Positions 10,909-43,886 of a stretch of 64,000 nt of DNA are shown piece after piece. The DNA is from Phaeosaccion multiseriatum. Lineage: Eukaryota > Protista > Ochrophyta, other classes. The stretch spans positions 2,728,001 through 2,792,000 of the forward strand of contig OZ218954.1 in the NCBI GenBank assembly GCA_965112735.1, in the 5' to 3' direction. The number at the start of each line of letters is the position of its first letter. Within the stretch, counting starts at the first letter, position 1. Position numbers and translations under genes: made by a program. The notes beneath the pieces are model-generated. The model ran no database searches, was not told the DNA's origin, and worked only from the letters and a program-made list of their open reading frames with translations.

Positions 10909-11562
10909 TGAGTGGTCGTGGTGTTTAATGTACATAAAATAGATTTGATTTTGAGACGACAATAAGCCTACGATACCTGGAGCAAGGAAGCGAACTCCTT
11001 CCCCGGCCATCTCACCGCTCTCGGGGTATTTTTCTAAAAAAAAATCATCTCTGTACCTAAGCCTTCTCTGGACAGGTAGCCTCGTAGGCGTGAGAGCCAC
11101 ACAGCAGGGCCACAGCAGGGCATTCATCATACCGTGCGCGAAGAGCAACAATCCCCACGCCGGGAAGGCGGCCCTCATCAGAAAGAAGACTTGGGCGTGT
11201 GTGCGGCAGCCTTAAGCTGTGCGCTGTGGTGCCGTGATAAGAGCCCCTACGATAAGGCCTTTCTCCCTGGCTGTCCGCAAGTAAGTACGCTGCCTTCCCG
11301 CCTTCTCTCGGGAGCTTCGAGCCGCGGGGAGGTCTGATGGTCTGCTGTGGGCGGGGGGGGGGGGGGGTGGAGGGATCACAAATCGCAGCCACAGGCCGAA
11401 GATCGAGTCCCATTGCCGCCCTCAACAGAACCCTTCACCGACATGCAAGCCGACCAACACAACAAGCCTAAGCCTGCCTCGAAGAGCCGTGCAGCGCGTC
11501 TCCCTCCCTCTGCTGGACTGCTATCCGCGTCTCCCTATCCGTCCATGGACCCATGTACACAG

Positions 11563-12528
11563 TTATCCAGAACTAGAGCTTCCTCCGCCGAAGCTGTCCT
11601 TGCAGCAACCGCAACACCAGTTTGTGACTGTGCGTCGGCCGTACGGAATGTAGGATAGCGAGTACCAGAGCGCGCAGCAGCACTGAATCAAGAGGAGGAA
11701 CAGCACCAGAAGCAGATGCGCCCCAGCCACGGCCGCCACAAACACGACGAGCAACATGATTAAGTATGCCGTTGTGGTGTATCGCCGGGTCTTGTGGAAC
11801 ATCTTCTTGCATTGCTTCTTGGGGCCAATGAGGAAGCCTGTCCCACACAGCACAATGGCGTTCCCAAAAACGTACAGCACGGCAAAGTTCCGGACGCCGT
11901 CGCCAGAGCCGTCGATGAGCATGAGGGTGCCCATGAAGGAGAGGATGTAGCCGCATGTCGCGCAGAAGGCAAAGCCAATAATTCGCTGATACGATAAGGG
12001 GCGGGGAGAGTCGGGGGGGGAGCGGTTGGTCGTGGGCAAGAGGCTTTGAGTGTTCAGGCCCCTCGTGTCCGTAAGGGACGGGGAGGGGGGGGCAGGTGGT
12101 GATAGGCAACAGGCTTGGAGTATTCACGTCCCTCATGCCCCATTCCTACACAGGCAAGAGGCTTGAAGTATTCACATCCCTCATGCCCCATTCCTACTCC
12201 TACACCCGCCAACCCCACACACGGCTCGCACTACACGCCCCTCCTCACTCTTGAACAACGAACAACCTGGACCCAAAAAGTGGCGTGGCTACACATCAGC
12301 AAACAGCGCAACAGACAGGCAGTGCTTCTCATCCATGTCCCTTACACTTACTTGAGTGTACGTGAGATTAGGGCAGATAGCACACATCTCGTCTGCGAAC
12401 GTGGGCTCTTGTCGCGTTATTCCTGGGATGTTCACAGACGGAAGCGAGAGGCCTGATCTGCTCGGCTCCGGCTCCCTCTTCCGCCCGGGGAACACATCCG
12501 CCCAGCCTCGTCCGCTCTGCTGGGACAT
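11563..12528 (-). CDS. SFT2: SFT2/Got1-family vesicle transport protein
   Basis: Exon 1 ...CPNLTYTQ (GTAAGT donor) joins exon 2 RIIGFAFC...FAVLYVFGN...FLIGPKKQCKKMF...LWYSLSYIPYGR. Confidence 0.93.
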
Positions 12529-12704
12529 TCTGCTGCGGTACGGTAGGTGCTGGTGCTATGGGTTCAGCGAGAGAGTTATAAAGGCAGGGCCGGGTGAGCC
12601 TGCCCCGATTTAAAGCCTTACAAATGGCGTAGCCTGGAACACCACCACGCGAAACTACTCTCTGGGCAGTTAAGTTTGATCTAAGTTTGACACACGCGGC
12701 CGCC

Positions 12705-13704
12705 ATGTCTTGCAGTCAAGCCATCAAGAACTGGGAGGCGAAGAATGAGGGCGTCAGTGCTGAGGAGGCTACGCACATCAAGCTCTACGCGCAGATGCCG
12801 CCCATCACAAAGATGGACAACTCCCTCAACACGCTGAAGGCCTGCGAGTGAGTGAAGACCGATATATAACCCTAAAAATGGGAAGAGAGGAGGGGTGGGG
12901 CGTGGAGTGGATTGGCGGAGCAAAGAGTTGGAAGCAGTGTGTAGGGGAGTCCCTGACCGTGTCTCGGTTAGAAGCCAGTGTGGCTTGGAGGGGAGCTGGG
13001 TGGCGTGCTGCCAGCTGCTCTAGCTCACTCAGCCCTTCCCACCTCCTTCCTGTCCATGTCCCTCCCCCCACTACAGGCATTTATCACTGTCGACCAACTC
13101 TATTGACCGTATTATCCCATTAGCAGGCATGAAACAACTCAGAATATTATCCCTCAGCCGTAATGTCATCAAGAAGGTACGCGTTGCTTTGGGGGGGGGG
13201 GGGAGGGGGAGAGGGAGGAGTGAGGACTAGACCAAGAGAGCAACAAAACAAGCCAACGGAGAGAGGAAGGGCTTGGCAAAGACCAGCTGAGGGTCAGCTG
13301 AGAGAGACTCGGGCAACCCGCCCACTCCCACCACCCGCTAACCACTCCAACTTGTCCGACTCCAACAGATCGAGAAGCTCGACGACGTAGCGGAGACTCT
13401 GGAGGAGCTGTGGCTGTCCTACAACCAAATCTCCACCTTCGACGGCCTCGCCGGCCTGCCCAACCTGACGACGCTGTACATGAGCAACAACAAGATCAAG
13501 TCCTGGGCCGAGCTGGACAAGCTGGCCGCTCTCGAGAATCTCAAAGACATACTCCTGGTGGGCAACCCCATCTACGATGACATGAGCAAAGAGGAGGCCA
13601 GGATAGAGGTCCTCAGGCATCTGCCGCAGGTGCGTTCGTGACTCTCTTTGCCGAACATGATGTGACACGAACACGGCCGAGCGAGAGAGAGAGAGAGAGA
13701 GTGT

Positions 13705-13773
<69 letters not shown>

Positions 13774-13873
13774 CGCTCTCTCTCTCACACCCTCTCTCTC
13801 TCTCTCACTCTCTCTCTCTCACTCTCTCTCTCTCTCTGTCTGTCTCTCTCTCTTCTCTCTCCGTCTCTGTCTG

Positions 13874-13905
<32 letters not shown>

Positions 13906-14107
13906 CTCTCTCTGTCTGTCTCTCTCTCTGTCTCTCTCTCTCTCGCTCGCAGCGACAAACCAAAGAGCATCATTATTATGGCTGACCCTCCATGCGCCCC
14001 CTTCCCTCCCCTCCCACCGCCGCCGTGCCTCCCCTTAGGTGCACAAGATTGACGGAGACATGGTCAAGCCGTCGGAGAGAGAAGCTGCAGCCCCGGTGGA
14101 GGGGTAG
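12705..14107 (+). CDS. DNAL1: Axonemal outer-arm dynein light chain 1 (LC1, LRR protein)
   Basis: Four exons: MSCSQAIKNWE...KMDNSLNTLKACE-HLSLSTNSIDRI...LEELWLSYNQI...LYMSNNKIKSWAELDKL...LLVGNPIY...KIDG. Confidence 0.95.
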
Positions 14108-14278
14108 ACAAACAACACCACAAAAGGATGCTCTCACACATTTGTCAATAATACTATACATGTCATCTTTTCCTTATTAAAATTATAATTATAAACAAGA
14201 CAACAAGAAATAACAAAAAAGTCTCGCCTGCCAAGCTACCGCCCAGCAGCTGCCCACCGCTCTGCAGCGTGTTTCAGC

Positions 14279-36054
<21,776 letters not shown>

Positions 36055-36186
36055 ACGTAGAATTTGGGTATTGAGGAAGGAAGGAAGGAAGGGGGATATT
36101 TCGATGGCAGCAGATGACATGTATATCCCTCTCCCCCCCCCTTAGATAAAAATGAAGCCTATGTAAGGGAATCATTGTGCACAGCC

Positions 36187-37432
36187 ATGACCGAAGCTTC
36201 CAGGAGCATGCTTGGGCAAGGGGGAGACGACGAGAACATCTTCGGCTTCATCCAGAGCCTTCCGCACGAGGCGCTCGATGCACTGTACGAGGTAGGATCA
36301 GAGGTAGAAAAGAGAGTGATTAACGAGCGACCTCTCCCGCTCCTTTGCCAATCCAACTCTTACTTACTTACGCGCATCGATCGGGGACAGGGTCGGCCTG
36401 GAGAAGAAGATGGAGGGGCCGGGGTGTGGACTTGCCGCGCCGTGCTCCAGTCTCTGCCACCTCTGAGCAAGCAGTATGTCATGCGGCTGCTCTCTGTGGA
36501 CCGATACGTGGAGTGTGACATGCTCAAGGGCTGGATCGCGGAGGGCTACGACAGAGTCCACAAGGAGGCCCTAAGGAAGCTCTTGCAATTGAGGGTGATG
36601 CTGCAAAACCCCAAGGCTGCCTCCCAACTGCGCCTCAATCCCAAGTTCCAAGTCAGCCTCACCAAGGCACTCTGCTCCACACAGCGGGCGCCTTGGAGAA
36701 ACGTCAATTTGAAGTGGGTAGTGTTGATTGGCGAAGGGAGAGCGAGGTCACATACTATCCACCCACCACATCCATCCACCCCAGAAGCTCTAGTCTTCAT
36801 GCTCGGGCCTTGGACGTATGCGTCTCCCGGCCCATACAGCTTCAACAGTACTACTCGTACTACTCCTCCTCTTTCCCTCACCCACCAACTCTCTTCCCTC
36901 GTCTCTCCCCTCTCTAAAGGCCGGATAAATCACCCCCCGCGGTGTCCAAGATTGAGGCTGACATGCACCGCAAGTGGAACAGTGTGCTTCACTACCTCGT
37001 GGGGTAAGAAGAAAGGGGAAGAAAGATGCGATGATGAGACTAGACTGCGCCGGTGTGGCCGGAGCCCACCAGGCGCGAGGGACAGATAAACGGAGGGAGC
37101 AGGAGGGAGGGGGGGGGGGGGGGGCAGGGGGGGCAGGGCAGGGCAAGGAGCGGAGGAGGAGTACGAGGGCGAGGGAGGGGGGAGGGCCGTGAGGAGGAGA
37201 GCAGCAAGAGGAGACTGCACTACTGTGCATGGGCTCTTCATCCTTCGATCGATCGCCCCATCTCTGAACGAGTGCACTCCTGCCCGCTCCTGCGTCGACG
37301 AACAGAGCCTCTGTCTAACTCCGTCCCCCCTCCTCCGCCCGCTCCCTTCAAATCGTTGCATCATGACCCCCCTGCTGACGACGCGGTATGTACGCATACC
37401 ACACACACACACGCACACGAACACGCACACAC

Positions 37433-37464
<32 letters not shown>

Positions 37465-37474
37465 GAACACGCAC

Positions 37475-37527
<53 letters not shown>

Positions 37528-37984
37528 TCTAACCCGTCTGAGAGCGGCGTGCCGGAGCCTCCCCCTGTGGTGATCGACTTCATGGTGCAAGCAGAGCTCA
37601 TGCGAGACACGGCGGGGGGCATGAGCATCACCAACAAGGGGTACGAGTTCATGCTCAAGGACATTCACATGCAGGTATGTTACGTATAGTCTTACGTATT
37701 CTTACGTGTTGTTACGATCGTCGGTCTTGGGTCGTTCGGGCACATGTCATTATCCATTGTAAGGACAAGAGGAGGGGAGAAGAGAGGAAGAAGGAACGCC
37801 CGCCCCCCTCGGCTCTCGCTCCGCTGCCCCACCCTACCCCTTCCAAAGCATTCATGCCCCCCCCCTCCCGTGTGGGGTAGCAGCAGCAGCAGCAGCAGCG
37901 GCAGCAGCGGCAGCAGCAGCAGCAGCGGCAGCAGTAGCTGGTGCATTGGGCTGCTTTGAGTAGACTGGGCATTCGTGTCAGACA

Positions 37985-38018
<34 letters not shown>

Positions 38019-40496
38019 GCAGCCGAATGCTTGCCCCTGCCCCTGCTTGCCCCTGCTTGCCTCTGCCGCTCTCGTCACCCACCCTCATGGGCCTCGTTTG
38101 TCCTCGCCTGCTCATGCGCCTGCCCATATGCCTGCCTATATGCCTGCCTACATGCATGCCTACATGCCTGCCCCTATGCCTTGCCTATATGCCTGCTCAT
38201 ACGCCTGCCCATATGCCTGCCTATATGCTTGCCCATATCCCTGCCTATATGCCTGCCCATACTCAGGCCTGGCTGTTCGTGCTGGCTCTCATGCGCAAAT
38301 ACGGGCAAGAGAACGAATCCATGGTGCGAGACGACCTCCTGAGCTTCCTCTTTCAACTCTCTTACTGCAAGGTCGGTGGACAGGCGGCGGCAAGGGAGGG
38401 AAGGAGGGAAGGAGGGAGGCAGTCTTTCTGTCTGTCTGTCTCTCTCCTGTCCTCTCTCTCTCTTTCTATTCCTCTCGTCTCTCTCTCTCTCTCTCCCCCT
38501 CTACTCTCGGTGGGTGGGCGAAGGGACGGAGGGAGACCGCATTGCCTTTTGGCCCTCGCCTGCACACTACCAGCGAGGCCAACACATCCACGCTCTTGTC
38601 GATGAGAGCTCAACGCTTCCTTGACCTGACATCCCCTTTCAACCGTTTCATCTCGCCGCAACAGGTGGGCGACGACTACCCAAAAGGGTCTCTTACAGCC
38701 ATACAGCAGAGGCTCATGGAGGACTTTGTCAGCTTGGGTATCCTTTTCCAAAGGAAGCCCAAGTCCAGCCGCTTCTACCCCACCCCCATTGCGGTCAACC
38801 TCATCTTCGGCTCGTCCTCAGGTTGGCCGCTCACCCCCCCCCCCTGCTTGCCGCTTTCGTCTTTGGCAAACGGCGCTATTTCACTCTTTTGTGTAGTGCA
38901 TTGCTTGGCATGGCTGAGACACTTTGCTCAGTGAAACTGGTCGGTCTCTCAGTCTCTCTCTCTCTCTCTCTCTGTGTGTTTCCCTCGCTCGTCGTCTCCC
39001 TCTCCCCTCCCCTCCCCACCTCTCTCTTGTGAATCCTACAGGGCCTTCCCTAGCCACCGTCCAGCAGCAAGCACGCCAGCAGATCAGCCGAGGGGCTGCC
39101 GCCGGGCCCTTGGCAGGCAGCCTCAGCGGAAGCAGCACCAAGGTCAGCAGCAGCAGCGTCAAGCACCTCTCCTCGGTGATGACCATCATCATTGAGACCA
39201 ACTTCCAGGTACGAGGGGTAGGCGGTGGGTACATACAGCTCCTCCTCCTCCTCCTCCTCCTCCTCCTCCTCCTCCTCCTCCTCAAAGGCCGGCCGTGGAC
39301 ATGCGAAGGCGCTGTTTTTCTCTATTTCTCTCTTTCTCTCTCACTCTCTTCTCCCTTACTCTCTTCCACCCTCTTTGCTCTCTATCCCTCTCCTCGTCTA
39401 GTGCGGCACACCCCACACACTCCACAACCGCATACGTACGCATACGTACGCGCCGTCTCTACTTTGTTCTTGCCCTCCCCTCCCTCCTCCTCAGCAACCC
39501 TCTTGCTCGCTTGACCTCTCTTTTGCTTCTATTGCTTCTATTGTAGGTGGTGGCGTACACGAGCAGCAATCTTCATATGGCCATGCTCAGCCTCTTCGTT
39601 AGCCTCAGGTGGGAGGGAGGGGAAGAGGGAGGGGAGGGAGGGGAAGAGGGAGGGTCGGAAGGAGGGACGGACGGACGGGTGGATGAATGGATGGATGGAT
39701 GGATGGATGGTGTAAGGGAGGGAGAGGGTGCTGCATCGCGAGGGGAGGGAGCCCCCCCCCAACCCTTCCGTCGTACGATGGCTCCTCCACAGGGTCTGAT
39801 CATGGGAGGCAGAGCATGAAAGGGTCTCGGCTGGCCTTGACACACACCCCTAGACACCTCTGCTAGCGGCGGCGTGGCACGGAAAGGTTTCTCTCTCTCC
39901 CCCCTCTCATTGAAGCGTACGATTTCCCATGCCTCGCTTCGGGGGGTCTTCTCCTCTCCTTCTCTCCTGTCCTTCTCCTCCTCCTCCTCCTCCTCCTCCT
40001 CCTCCTCCTCCTCCTTCTCCTCCTCCTCCTCCTCCTCCTCCTCCTCCTCCTCCTCCTCCTCCTCCTCCTCCTCCTCCTCCTCCTCCTCCTCCTCCTCCTC
40101 CTCACCCAGGTGTCGCCTGCCGAACATGATTACGGGTGTGCTCACAAGAGACAGCATCCGCAAGGCCCTGATCACAGGTAGATGGGCAAAGTGTGGGAGG
40201 AAGAGGGGGGGGGGGGAGGGAAGGAAGATGAGGAAGGAGCAGCCGGAGAAGTAGACATGCCCTCACCACTCTCACATCGTGTGGGATCCCCTGCGCTGCC
40301 CACATTTCTCACACGCTTCTCTCCTCTCTTGTCCTCTTCTCTCTCCTCTTCTGTCCTTCGTGAATTGGAGTTCAGGCATTTCTGCCCGTCAAATCTTGGA
40401 TTTCCTGACGTGGCACGCGCACCCATCCATCACGAGCAGAAGCCCTATAGTGCCTGAAAACATCGCCGATCAGATCTTACTCTGGGAGAGGGTGAG

Positions 40497-40527
<31 letters not shown>

Positions 40528-40625
40528 GTGTGTGCCCCTCTCCCCCCGCCCGTTCGCCCCGTCGCTCGCCCGCTCGCCCTGTTTCTGCCCTTTGTCCTTC
40601 GTCCTTGGCCACTTCCAAGTGTTTT

Positions 40626-40690
<65 letters not shown>

Positions 40691-41446
40691 CCTACACGGC
40701 TCGGAGGAGCAGGCTGACGTGGTACTCTGCTTTGGTGTGTCGCTGTGTCTTGTCTCCTGTGTGCCTGATTGATTGCTCTTGCTCTTACACCTGCCCCTTC
40801 CCCTCCTGCCTCCTGCCTCAGGAGCGGAGCCGAGTTCGCTTCGACAAGGGCGTGCTCATCAGCTTGACAGGTGAGTGAGTCTTGATGCGTCCAGCGCTTT
40901 GTTTTTGCTGTGTGTGCGGCGCTCTGTTCAGCCCCCACGGGAACAAAGTCAGTCCACCGCGGCACTATCTCCTCTCTACCTCTCTACCTCCCTTCATCTC
41001 TCCCTTTCTACCTCCCTTCCTCTCCACCTTTCCACCTTTCTTCCTATGCATCTCTCTCTCCCTTTCTACCTTCCTTCTCCTCTCTCGCCATCGCGTCTTG
41101 TAGCGTGTCTTAGAAAGCCCTGCTTCCTCTATTACTACTCCTCCCACCGCGTTACTATTACTACTACTCCCACTGTCGTAGTTGTTTAGTACTGTAGTGC
41201 ATCGTCTTCTGCTCTGTAAAGTGAGTGGCAACAGTCCCCTAACCGCCCGCCCATCCATCCGTCTGTCTGCCTGTCTGTCTGCCTGTCTGTCTGTCTGTCT
41301 GCCTGTCTGTCTGTCTGCCTGTCTGTCTATCTGTCTGTCTGCCTGTCTGTCTGCCTGTCTGTCTGCTTGTCTGTCTTGTCTGTCTATCTGTCTGTCTGCC
41401 TGTCTGTCTGTCTGTCTGCTTGTCTGTCTTGTCTGTCTGTCTGTCG

Positions 41447-41490
<44 letters not shown>

Positions 41491-41795
41491 GTCTGTCTCT
41501 CTGTCTATCTGTCTATCTGCCTGTCCGTCTATCTGCCTGTCTGTCTGTCTGTCTGTCTGTCGACCCGTCAGGCTCGTCCGAGGAGAACTTCGCCAGCGTT
41601 GTTTCCTATGCGTATTCGCTCGAAGTGCCCGCTCCGAAGACGGCGACGGGGGGGTCAGTGCCCGACAGCTCCAGCGTGGCGCAGGGCGGGCACCTGTGGT
41701 CAAGTGTGGAGAACAGAGTGCTTATCTGCACCCCGGCCACCAAGAAACAGATCGAAAGCTACGCCAACAACTTGCTCAGCAAGAGGGATGACTGA
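36187..41795 (+). CDS. GTF2H4: TFIIH subunit p52 (Tfb2)
   Basis: Twelve exons: CRAVLQSLPPLSKQYVMRLL, LNPKFQ, WNSVLHYLVG, ITNKGYEFMLKD, FYPTPIA, IIIETNFQVVAYT, RLPNMITGVLTRDSIRKAL, GISARQILDFL, VPENIADQILLWERER. Confidence 0.96.
38117..38260. repeat. 12-bp tandem repeat (ATATGCCTGCCY), also present at 42815-42858
   Basis: Seen directly at both sites. Confidence 0.85.
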
Positions 41796-42154
41796 AGTAA
41801 GGAACAACACAAAGTCAGGTTCAGCCACAGCCATAACGAGGCTCCTCCTCCCCCTCCACCAGCGGTCTGGCAGAGCGCTGTGCAGAGAGCTCAGTAGCAA
41901 GGACTCACACGCTGTATCCTTCAGACGACCAACCTCTATACCAGAGCTGCCGACCCCATATGCGGCAGCAGCAACAGCCGCCCTCCGAAAGTTCGTCGGG
42001 GATTTCAACGAACGCCAAGCGGAAATGACGCTGCGGTACCACGCATATCATATGGTAGAGAGTCGTTTGCTCCGTCTGAAGGAGACGGAGAAGAGCGCTC
42101 ACCAGCAGCAAGGGCCTAAGGAGGCACGGAACATACACGGCTAGCGCACCCAGG

Positions 42155-42262
42155 CCTGCCTCTGGTGTGCTGCCTCTGGCTTGCTGCCTCTGGTGTGCTG
42201 CCTCTGGTGTGCTGCCTCTGGTGTGCTGCCTCTGGTGTGCTGCCTCTGGTCTTGCTGCCTCT
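42155..42262. repeat. 14-bp tandem repeat (CTGCCTCTGGTGTG), ~7 units
   Basis: Seen directly. Confidence 0.9.
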
Positions 42263-42277
42263 GCGCTGTGGGACACC

Positions 42278-42622
42278 ATGGCGCTCAAGAGGCAGCGAGC
42301 GAGCAGCTACTTTGCCCTTCACGACTTCGCTCTGAGCACAAGCCAGGTGTCCGAGCTGGAGCGACACACCGCGGCCTTTGTGCGCTTGCTGGAGGGTGCG
42401 TACAACACTCACATCACCTTCACCATGGTCTGTGCACCTCCCGATCAGCAGCAGCAGCAGCAGGAGCGCGCCTTGCCCGGGCAAGTTTGGGCTCCGCGCG
42501 GGCAGACGGGCCAGACGCTGCACCGCATTAGCTTGGCGCTCTATGCGGTCGCGGCGTTGGCGTGTGCTGCGGGTGCAGGGTGGCAAGCCTTTTCAAGGTA
42601 CTGGTCCAAGCGCAAGTATTGA
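42278..42622 (+). CDS. Possible small tail-anchored membrane protein or terminal exon of an unknown gene
   Basis: The ORF ends in a hydrophobic helix ISLALYAVAALACAAGAGW and a basic tail SKRKY. No homolog recognised. Confidence 0.3.
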   Translation: MALKRQRASSYFALHDFALSTSQVSELERHTAAFVRLLEGAYNTHITFTMVCAPPDQQQQQQERALPGQVWAPRGQTGQTLHRISLALYAVAALACAAGAGWQAFSRYWSKRKY

Positions 42623-43441
42623 AGCAGAAATATTACTGTACCCACGCTTTACATTGTGTTGAGGCGGCGCTGCCTGTCGTAGTGCCAGAACAAATGAACA
42701 AGCCCTTAGCGAACAGCGAGCGAGCTTGAGCATGAAGACACACACACACACACACTCACACACACACTCACACACTCACACACACACACACACACACAAT
42801 ACCACACGCCCGAGTGCCTGCCCATATGCCTGCCCATATGCCTGCCCATATGCCTGCCAATGTCTTGTAGAGTAGCTCGTCCCGGCCCAGGCCTCGAGGG
42901 AACTTTGCATGAAACGCCTCAGCAATGGCCTCAGCCTCACCACTGCCATCCATTCCAATCTTTCGGAGGTGTATCGACCTCGTATGTAACGTACGAGACA
43001 AAAGACAAAAGCCCTTCCAGTTCAGTTTATATATTGAAATGGAGTCGGTATCGAAGTTTCTGTGGCAACAGCTCTTCCGCCAGGCAGCCCGAATCTGAAA
43101 CTCTGTGTGCGGCCGCACAAGGAGAGTGCGTACTTTTATAATAGTACGTAGTAGTTAGTTACGGATGAAGGAATCCTGGGGGTGAATGAGCCAAGCTAAA
43201 GTCATCCGTGCATGGCACCCTGTGGCATAGGCACCTAGGCAATAATTGGGTGCTATCATCTATGGCACAAAAGAGACCTTTTCGAAAAGAAGGAAAGGTG
43301 GCGCTTTTTACACAACAATGAGAGGGAGAGAGAGAGCGAGAGAGAGATGGATGGGGAGGGGGAGAGAGAGGGAAAGAAAAGGATTGATTGATTCATCACC
43401 AGCCCCATCCTATCCATCCACTGCCATCCACTGCCATCCCA

Positions 43442-43799
43442 TCAGGCTCCCGCTCCGACTTGGGCGAAGACCTCGGGTGGTGTAGTTGGGTCCGCTTCAG
43501 CCCCCCAATCGTCTCCTCCTGCTGCGGCGCTGACCCGTTCTTGCATGGCAATACGGCTGTCGCGTAGAGGGTCGAGCGTAGGGGCCAGCAGCCGCGTATA
43601 TCTGACCCGACACGACCACACAGGAGAGGGGGAGGGGGGTTAGGTGGAGAGTTGTGATCAGACCAGCGAGGGAGAGGGGGCTTAGGAGGGGGGGTTCAGT
43701 GGTGAGTTGTGGAGTGGACAGCCGGGCTGAGGCGAGTCCGTGGCAAGTTCCAGTGGACGCGTGCGGACAAAGATTCGAATGGGAGAGATGTGTGTGTGT

Positions 43800-43886
<87 letters not shown>

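Noticed and set aside
10750-11425. Minus-strand ORFs between RNASEK and SFT2, one with a hydrophobic start
   Set aside because: No recognisable motif. They overlap the RNASEK exon antisense and are probably UTR sequence.
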